Shown here: positions 58,577-64,000 of the stretch, piece after piece
Layout of the letters: every line of letters begins with the position of its first letter
Position numbering within the stretch: position 1 is the first letter of the stretch
DNA from: an uncultured archaeon
Lineage (GTDB): Archaea > Asgardarchaeota > Thorarchaeia > Thorarchaeales > Thorarchaeaceae
Reading direction: 5' to 3'
NCBI GenBank assembly: GCA_964473825.1
Contig: CAYYQL010000007.1
Location: 46,440 to 110,439 of the forward strand
Length of the DNA stretch: 64,000 nucleotides
Made by a program: the position numbers and the translations under genes
The notes under the pieces: model-generated
What the model was told of the DNA's origin: nothing
Database searches by the model: none
The model's input: only the letters and a program-made list of their open reading frames with translations

Positions 58577-59878
58577 ATGACAGAGAAGAGCAAGGAGAAC
58601 AGATTCGTACGGCTGATATTCACAGGTCTGGATGGACTCTCACGATCACTGGAGATCACAACGGAGCACATAGACTCCCTGTATGGAGAGGGAATCTACT
58701 TCGATGGATCTTCGGTTCCGGGATATGCACCCGTCAATAACAGCGACATGCTCTTGATGCCTGCTTGGGACAAGCCACGGCAATGTCCGTGGTCCGGGAA
58801 TGTCGCGATGGTGCTGTGCAGTGCATACTCAGAACCCAAAGTTCCTGCTATCGGAGACCCTAGGCACTTAGTCACATCTATGTCACAGAAACTCAGGCAT
58901 GCGGGACTTGTTCTTCAGATAGGCTGTGAGCTGGAGTTCTTCTTAGTGACCAATGCTGCAACAGGAGAGGTGGTCCCTGCCGACCGAGGTGGGTACATGG
59001 CCTCATATCCAGCAGACAGAGGCCTGTATCTACGAAGAAGCATAATTGGTTCCCTTCACCAGCTTGAGATTCCTGTTGTCGCGCATCATCACGAGGTGTC
59101 GCAGGGGCAACATGAGATAGTCTTGAAGCATAGTGACGCAACTACAACAGCAGACAGCATTGCTCTCGCGAGACTTGTGACCTCAGAGATGGCTGGGCGT
59201 GAAGGTCTGACGGCCACTTTCATGCCAAAGCCATTTACCGACATGAATGGGAACGGACTACACCTTCATCAGAGCATCTGGAGCTCAAAGGCAAAACAGA
59301 ATCTCTTCGCAATGGCCTCCGGAGAGGGGCTCTCAGAGTTGGCCCTTTCCTATGTGGCGGGAATACTTGAGCATGCCGAGGCTCTCAGTGCAATCGTGTC
59401 GCCAACGGTGAATTCTTACAAGAGACTAAGGCCGTTCTTCGAAGCGCCGACAACTGTCGCATGGGGACGGAGCAACAGGTCATCGATGATCAGAATTCCC
59501 AAGACCTCAGGTGACTTGAGAAAACAGCGAATCGAGATGCGGTGTCCCGACCCATCGTGTAGCCCACATCTGGCCATCGCCGCCATCATGGCTGCGGGAC
59601 TCGACGGGATAGAGAAAGAGCTCACGCCAGCGGCGTCGAGAGAGGACAACCTGTTTGAGGATAGCAGAGATACCCGTCATCTCCCTCACTCTCTTCTAGA
59701 CGCACTTAAACATCTCAAGAGAAGCTCCGCGCTACGAGATGCACTGGGGACTGAAACAATCGATACTGTCGTGAAGTTGCGCGAGAGAGAGTGGAAAGAA
59801 TACAACATGACCACAGGGGAGCAGGATCCTGACAGAATCAGCGAGTGGGAGATTGAGAGGTATCTGCAGGCGATATAG
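58577..59878 (+). CDS. glnA: Glutamine synthetase family protein (type I-like)
   Basis: FDGSS, ELEFF, HHEV..GQHEI, FMPKP..NGNGLHLHQS, NSYKRL, EAP, NRS..IRIP and RIEMR motifs. Confidence 0.85.
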   Translation: MTEKSKENRFVRLIFTGLDGLSRSLEITTEHIDSLYGEGIYFDGSSVPGYAPVNNSDMLLMPAWDKPRQCPWSGNVAMVLCSAYSEPKVPAIGDPRHLVTSMSQKLRHAGLVLQIGCELEFFLVTNAATGEVVPADRGGYMASYPADRGLYLRRSIIGSLHQLEIPVVAHHHEVSQGQHEIVLKHSDATTTADSIALARLVTSEMAGREGLTATFMPKPFTDMNGNGLHLHQSIWSSKAKQNLFAMASGEGLSELALSYVAGILEHAEALSAIVSPTVNSYKRLRPFFEAPTTVAWGRSNRSSMIRIPKTSGDLRKQRIEMRCPDPSCSPHLAIAAIMAAGLDGIEKELTPAASREDNLFEDSRDTRHLPHSLLDALKHLKRSSALRDALGTETIDTVVKLREREWKEYNMTTGEQDPDRISEWEIERYLQAI

Positions 59879-60039
59879 ATGCATCTGCCGACACGGCTCC
59901 ACTCTGGGAGAACAGAACCCGAAGGAAACAGAGTGTAGCAGAGCATCACCAAGAACTCAGTGAGGGGGACAGTCAGTCAAGAAACCGGAGGCAACTCTTT
60001 AGAGTAGGTTTGTCGTCACATGACGGATGTGTGGCTTCG

Positions 60040-60225
60040 ATGAAACTTCAAGAGGACCTGTTGCCAGTTTCTGCAATCCTAATCGTGATAGCATCAATGG
60101 TAGGTGTAGACATCCTGATTATTGGTGAGCCACTGAGAACGCTCTCTGCGGTACCTATCAGCATAGTCTTGCTTCTCTGGTTAGCCGCCACGATACGGGT
60201 GAGGAGGAGAAACGATGCACGCTGA
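60040..60225 (+). CDS. Small 2-TM membrane protein
   Basis: Two hydrophobic helices with a basic tail; overlaps the next gene. Confidence 0.55.
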   Translation: MKLQEDLLPVSAILIVIASMVGVDILIIGEPLRTLSAVPISIVLLLWLAATIRVRRRNDAR

Positions 60226-60841
60226 GATTGTCACGCTAACGGTCATGATAGGTTGTATCCCCTGCATCGTCCACAGTTGGCTGACACGAGGTCAGTGGAA
60301 GACAGTGGCATTCTTCACAGGAGGATTCGCTTTCGGAATTGTAAGAGAGAATATCGTTGCACTCATGCCAGGCCTCTACACATATCCCAATCATCCACTC
60401 TACATTGGAGCGGCGCCTCTGATGATGGGATTCGGTTGGAGCGCATCATTCTATGCTTCATGGTGCGTTGCCGAGCGACTCCTTGAGGGGTTTGCTCCAC
60501 AACACCAAGGCAGCATATGGCATCTGGCGCTGGTCACGGGGTTAGTAACGGGTTTGTTGTCGCTCCCCGTAGAGGTGGCCGCAGGGGCCCCCGAAACTCT
60601 CTGGTGGATCTGGCCTGCAGAGGCAATTGATGTTCTTTGGGAGATGCCAGCAATTGTGCCATTTGGATGGGCCGGAGCGGCATTCCTCTTCATTCTGTCT
60701 TTCAACTGGATTAGGAAGTGGCAATACCCTCCTGAAAAACGGGCCCTGATATTCCTTCTGACCACCGTCGTGGTGATTCTCCTACATCTTCTCTATGTCC
60801 TAGGTGTGAGGTTCATCCTTATAGTCATACTAACTGGCTAG
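60215..60841 (+). CDS. Membrane protein of the carotenoid biosynthesis (CruF/DUF422) family
   Basis: Repeated E....G.Y.Y....GAAPL...GW and E.....WWIW....EMP..VP.GW motifs; about 6 TM segments. Confidence 0.65.
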   Translation: MHAEIVTLTVMIGCIPCIVHSWLTRGQWKTVAFFTGGFAFGIVRENIVALMPGLYTYPNHPLYIGAAPLMMGFGWSASFYASWCVAERLLEGFAPQHQGSIWHLALVTGLVTGLLSLPVEVAAGAPETLWWIWPAEAIDVLWEMPAIVPFGWAGAAFLFILSFNWIRKWQYPPEKRALIFLLTTVVVILLHLLYVLGVRFILIVILTG

Positions 60842-61138
60842 CAATTCCCTCTGCTGGTCGCCACCATACGGCTAGTTAGGTTGGCGAAAGCTTGGTCCCG
60901 ATATAGCTAATGATTCGGTTGCCGATTCTCAATATCTGAAAAGAGTTTTTCAACCAAGAGAAACACCCCCGAATCAGCCCTTCATCTACTCGATGTTCTC
61001 TAAACAATGCTCTTGTCATGCATTCTTCTCCAAGAGATAATCGTCAAATTTATCAGATACCAGATAACATGGTAAAGGATGTGTAATGAGGCAGGATTAA
61101 GTCCTGTCAATATGCGTTCAGAATAATAGAGTGAGAGG

Positions 61139-62878
61139 ATGGTAGTGACAGGAAATACCGCGGGGTGCTTAACCCGAATGATACTATTCACTATGATCCT
61201 GTGTGCCAGCGTACTCCCTGTACTGGTGGCTGCTGAGGAGTCGCCACCACTGGTCACAGAATCAGTGGGTTTCGACCCGGGTTGGCAGATTGAGTTCACG
61301 GATTCATGGTCGGGAACCCTCAGTGCTCTTGGTGTCGGAGTCAGTGTTTCGTTTTCCTATTTCTTTGATGCGGGAATAAGCCTGCCAGTGGCGCTTGAAG
61401 TCGAACACCCCGAGTATGTACTCGCAGAGAGCACAACTGAACTCGGGGTGACCGCCGTTGGTCTAGACAATGCACGAGCGTGGGCGTATGCTTCAGGATC
61501 TGTGGATGCAGATTTGCATGCGGGACTTGCGGGCTCGTTCTCACTAGTAGACAGGTCAATAAAAATGGGAGACGAAGTACACTTCGAAACACCTCTGGGG
61601 ATGGAGGACCGTCAGGTACTAGAGGCCGATGTTGCCCTGGGGTCTCAGACAATAGACATCCTCTTTGTAAAATATACATTTGAACTCAGATTGAAAGTCA
61701 TCGCGGTGGCAACAGCGTCAACGGGTCTCACATCAGACTTAGATATTGCTGGCGATGCCTTGGTTAGTCCTGTCCACGAATCGATGGAGTGGACCTCTGC
61801 GGAGTATCGAGAAAAAGCGGAGTTCACTGTTGGGAAGGAAGAAGGAACCTATGTTGATTTGACCTTCAGCGATGTGACGATGCGATTGCACAGACTATCG
61901 TTTGTTCTTCAGTCGTTCACGTTCTATCTGGTTGTTAATGGAGAAACCATGGGAGGACTCACTATCAATGTTCCCTCGTTTGAATTCACGCTGGGAGAGG
62001 ATTCATCACCTCAGAAAGGATGTCAGGTCTTGGCAGATCAGTCAGGTACCGAGCGCGATCTTGGCTTTAGGACCCTCTCAATTCATGTTGGTATGCCTTT
62101 CGCTTTGCCTGCATTTCTTTCTCCGGGATTTATCATGATGTTTGCCCCAGTCGCCGTCGGACTAGGCATAGGAGCGAAAAAAGAGAAGGGATCAAAGACA
62201 CTTGGTGTGCTTCTTATGGGAGCTGTGCTCTTGGGTTCAGCCCTATCATTGGGTCTGATGGTGGATCTATCTGGATCAATGGAATCTGTTCTAACTGACA
62301 TGAGTGTCCTACTCCTGCCAGAATTCACTGTCGGAACCCAGATAATGGCTATGATTATCACCTACATCCCCTGGTTACTTGCTGGTCTTGCAGTGGGTGG
62401 TGCGTCAAAAAGCGCAAAAGCAGGACTCGGGATTGGAATAGCTGTTCCTATCCTTCTGCATCTCTTTGGAGTATTCCTCTTGACAGGACAGCTACAGATT
62501 GATGGTGTACTTGACCAGCCCACGATGATGATGCTCTTAGTACCGGGAATGTTCGCTGGCCTAACGGGTGCAGCAGCAGGAGCGGCGCTGGGCGGGGGCA
62601 CTGACAGGACTTCTCAATTGCGGAGTGGTAAGAGCTCAGCCATTTCTGCAGGAGTTTCCGAATCTGATATGGCCACTGCTGAAGCAGTACACGGAATAGC
62701 ATTGAGATTGAGAGACAGACTGAATCTGACATCTGAAACCCGCCTCTTAGCCAGTGTCACTGCTGAGGGTATTCCCTTGGAAAGAGCGAAGAGGGCCATT
62801 GAGATACTGGTGTCAAGTGGTCTGCTGGACAGGAAGCCTGGCGGTGGACTTCTCGTCAAAGCAAAGGCAAATCAATGA
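61139..62878 (+). CDS. Membrane protein with an extracellular beta-rich domain, 5-6 TM segments and a C-terminal winged helix
   Basis: Signal peptide, about 290-aa beta-rich region, Gly-rich TM bundle, terminal GIPLERAKRAIEILVSSGLLDRKPGG. Confidence 0.7.
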   Translation: MVVTGNTAGCLTRMILFTMILCASVLPVLVAAEESPPLVTESVGFDPGWQIEFTDSWSGTLSALGVGVSVSFSYFFDAGISLPVALEVEHPEYVLAESTTELGVTAVGLDNARAWAYASGSVDADLHAGLAGSFSLVDRSIKMGDEVHFETPLGMEDRQVLEADVALGSQTIDILFVKYTFELRLKVIAVATASTGLTSDLDIAGDALVSPVHESMEWTSAEYREKAEFTVGKEEGTYVDLTFSDVTMRLHRLSFVLQSFTFYLVVNGETMGGLTINVPSFEFTLGEDSSPQKGCQVLADQSGTERDLGFRTLSIHVGMPFALPAFLSPGFIMMFAPVAVGLGIGAKKEKGSKTLGVLLMGAVLLGSALSLGLMVDLSGSMESVLTDMSVLLLPEFTVGTQIMAMIITYIPWLLAGLAVGGASKSAKAGLGIGIAVPILLHLFGVFLLTGQLQIDGVLDQPTMMMLLVPGMFAGLTGAAAGAALGGGTDRTSQLRSGKSSAISAGVSESDMATAEAVHGIALRLRDRLNLTSETRLLASVTAEGIPLERAKRAIEILVSSGLLDRKPGGGLLVKAKANQ

Positions 62879-63263
62879 AGGAGCCAATACTGAGCTAGGG
62901 ATGGCCGCGTACTCCGCTTGGAGTAGACCTGTTTCATTATGACATGTTTCCTCCACGCATCCTGTACGTGCACCATCGCTGGAGATGTGCTATTAGCTTG
63001 GTCATTCTGCATACTATGCTGTATATGCGAAGCTGTTAACTCAGCTGTATCAAATGAACCCGTAAGGACTGCAATGAAGCTAGAACAGAGAAGACGGGAG
63101 AAATCGATTTCGCTCTTTCTTGCTTCTTTATACATTCAAACCTACCCAGATGTCTGATTTGTGTCACTCTTCGCTGTTCACTTCTTACAGTCCCCTCCTT
63201 GTCCTAAATACCAAGGTGCGAACAGAGCTAGGCGATGAAACCCTGCTTTTGAGTTGGAGATCG

Positions 63264-64000
63264 CTATGTACTCAAGAGATTTCGTAGCTCTTCAACACCT
63301 AGCCGATTGACAACACGATTTCTCTCAATCCAACCTCTTTGTGCATTACCTACGCCAATCTCCATGTATCTAAGATGATCAACACTGTGTGAGTCGGTGC
63401 CCAATGAGAACTGGATGTCATATTCACGGGCCTGGAAGAGGTTGTCATCCGATAGGTCCAGTCGAGTAGGAAACGAGTTAATCTCAATAAGTGTGCCTTG
63501 CTCTTCTGCAGCTTCATAGACAGCGAGTAAATCCACAGGAAGGGGGTCGCTCTGTTGAATCAGGCGACCTGTGGGATGCCCAATCACATCGACGTACTCA
63601 TTGTGTATCGCGGATAGCAGGCGGTCAGTGATCTTCTCTTTATCTTGGCGGTAGCCCGAATGGATGGCTGCTATAACGAGTTCCAGCTTCTCCAAGGTAT
63701 CTGGCGTGAGATCAAGTTTGCCATTTGAGTCGATATTGACCTCGGCTCCCGATAGCACAATGAAATCGTCCATATTATCATTGACCTCGTCGATCTCCTT
63801 CTGACGTTCATCAAACTCCACCTCGTCTAACCCCTGCGCGATTGGCAGCGCTTGTGAGTGATCTGTTAGAGCCATGTATTCGTGTCCTTGGGATCTGGCA
63901 GCCTCAGCCATTTCTCGGATAGAGTGTTCGCCCTCACTCCAGTCACTATGCACATGAAGATCGCATCTAATGTCGTCCAGAGTTATCACATCTGGAAGTG
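63264..64000 (-). CDS. polX: C-terminal PHP domain of DNA polymerase X (PolX), 5'-truncated by window
   Basis: ITLDDIRCDLHVHSDWSEG, TDHS, GAEVNI, HPTGRL, EINSFPTRLDL and TDSH; frame is open to the window edge. Confidence 0.8.
   Translation of the reverse strand, partial: LPDVITLDDIRCDLHVHSDWSEGEHSIREMAEAARSQGHEYMALTDHSQALPIAQGLDEVEFDERQKEIDEVNDNMDDFIVLSGAEVNIDSNGKLDLTPDTLEKLELVIAAIHSGYRQDKEKITDRLLSAIHNEYVDVIGHPTGRLIQQSDPLPVDLLAVYEAAEEQGTLIEINSFPTRLDLSDDNLFQAREYDIQFSLGTDSHSVDHLRYMEIGVGNAQRGWIERNRVVNRLGVEELRNLLST

Noticed and set aside
62872-63157. Short ORFs on both strands between the membrane protein and polX
   Set aside because: No motifs, Cys/Ser-rich random-like composition and mutual overlap; treated as intergenic.

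Overview
Gene-dense archaeal chromosomal segment of roughly 50% GC, about 52 CDS. I found no rRNA, tRNA, CRISPR array or clear mobile element. The content points to an Asgard archaeon, most likely Thorarchaeia (inference): a Rab-like GTPase with all five RabF motifs, a longin/winged-helix protein, LRR and TPR solenoids, and archaeal TATA promoters. Metabolic blocks: (i) a LipS2-LipS1-ligase-FAD oxidoreductase-ligase lipoate assembly operon; (ii) a tetrahydrofolate C1 block (fhs, folD, fused ftcd); (iii) a form IV RuBisCO-like protein and a LarA-family racemase, each converging on an FGGY kinase; (iv) a complete bacillithiol-type bshB/bshA/bshC cluster beside glmM. Most striking candidates: a small coiled-coil/Pro-Ala protein ending in an Ena/VASP-like F-actin-binding motif (38838-39248), an NPRL2 (GATOR1)-like protein (7510-8418) and the archaeal bacillithiol cluster. 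Smaller observations: a structured intergenic RNA candidate (about 54324-54548), an S9 peptidase interrupted by one in-frame TAG, two probable CTG starts, and an 11-bp motif shared by two promoters. All family calls come from motif recognition by eye; no database searches were run.
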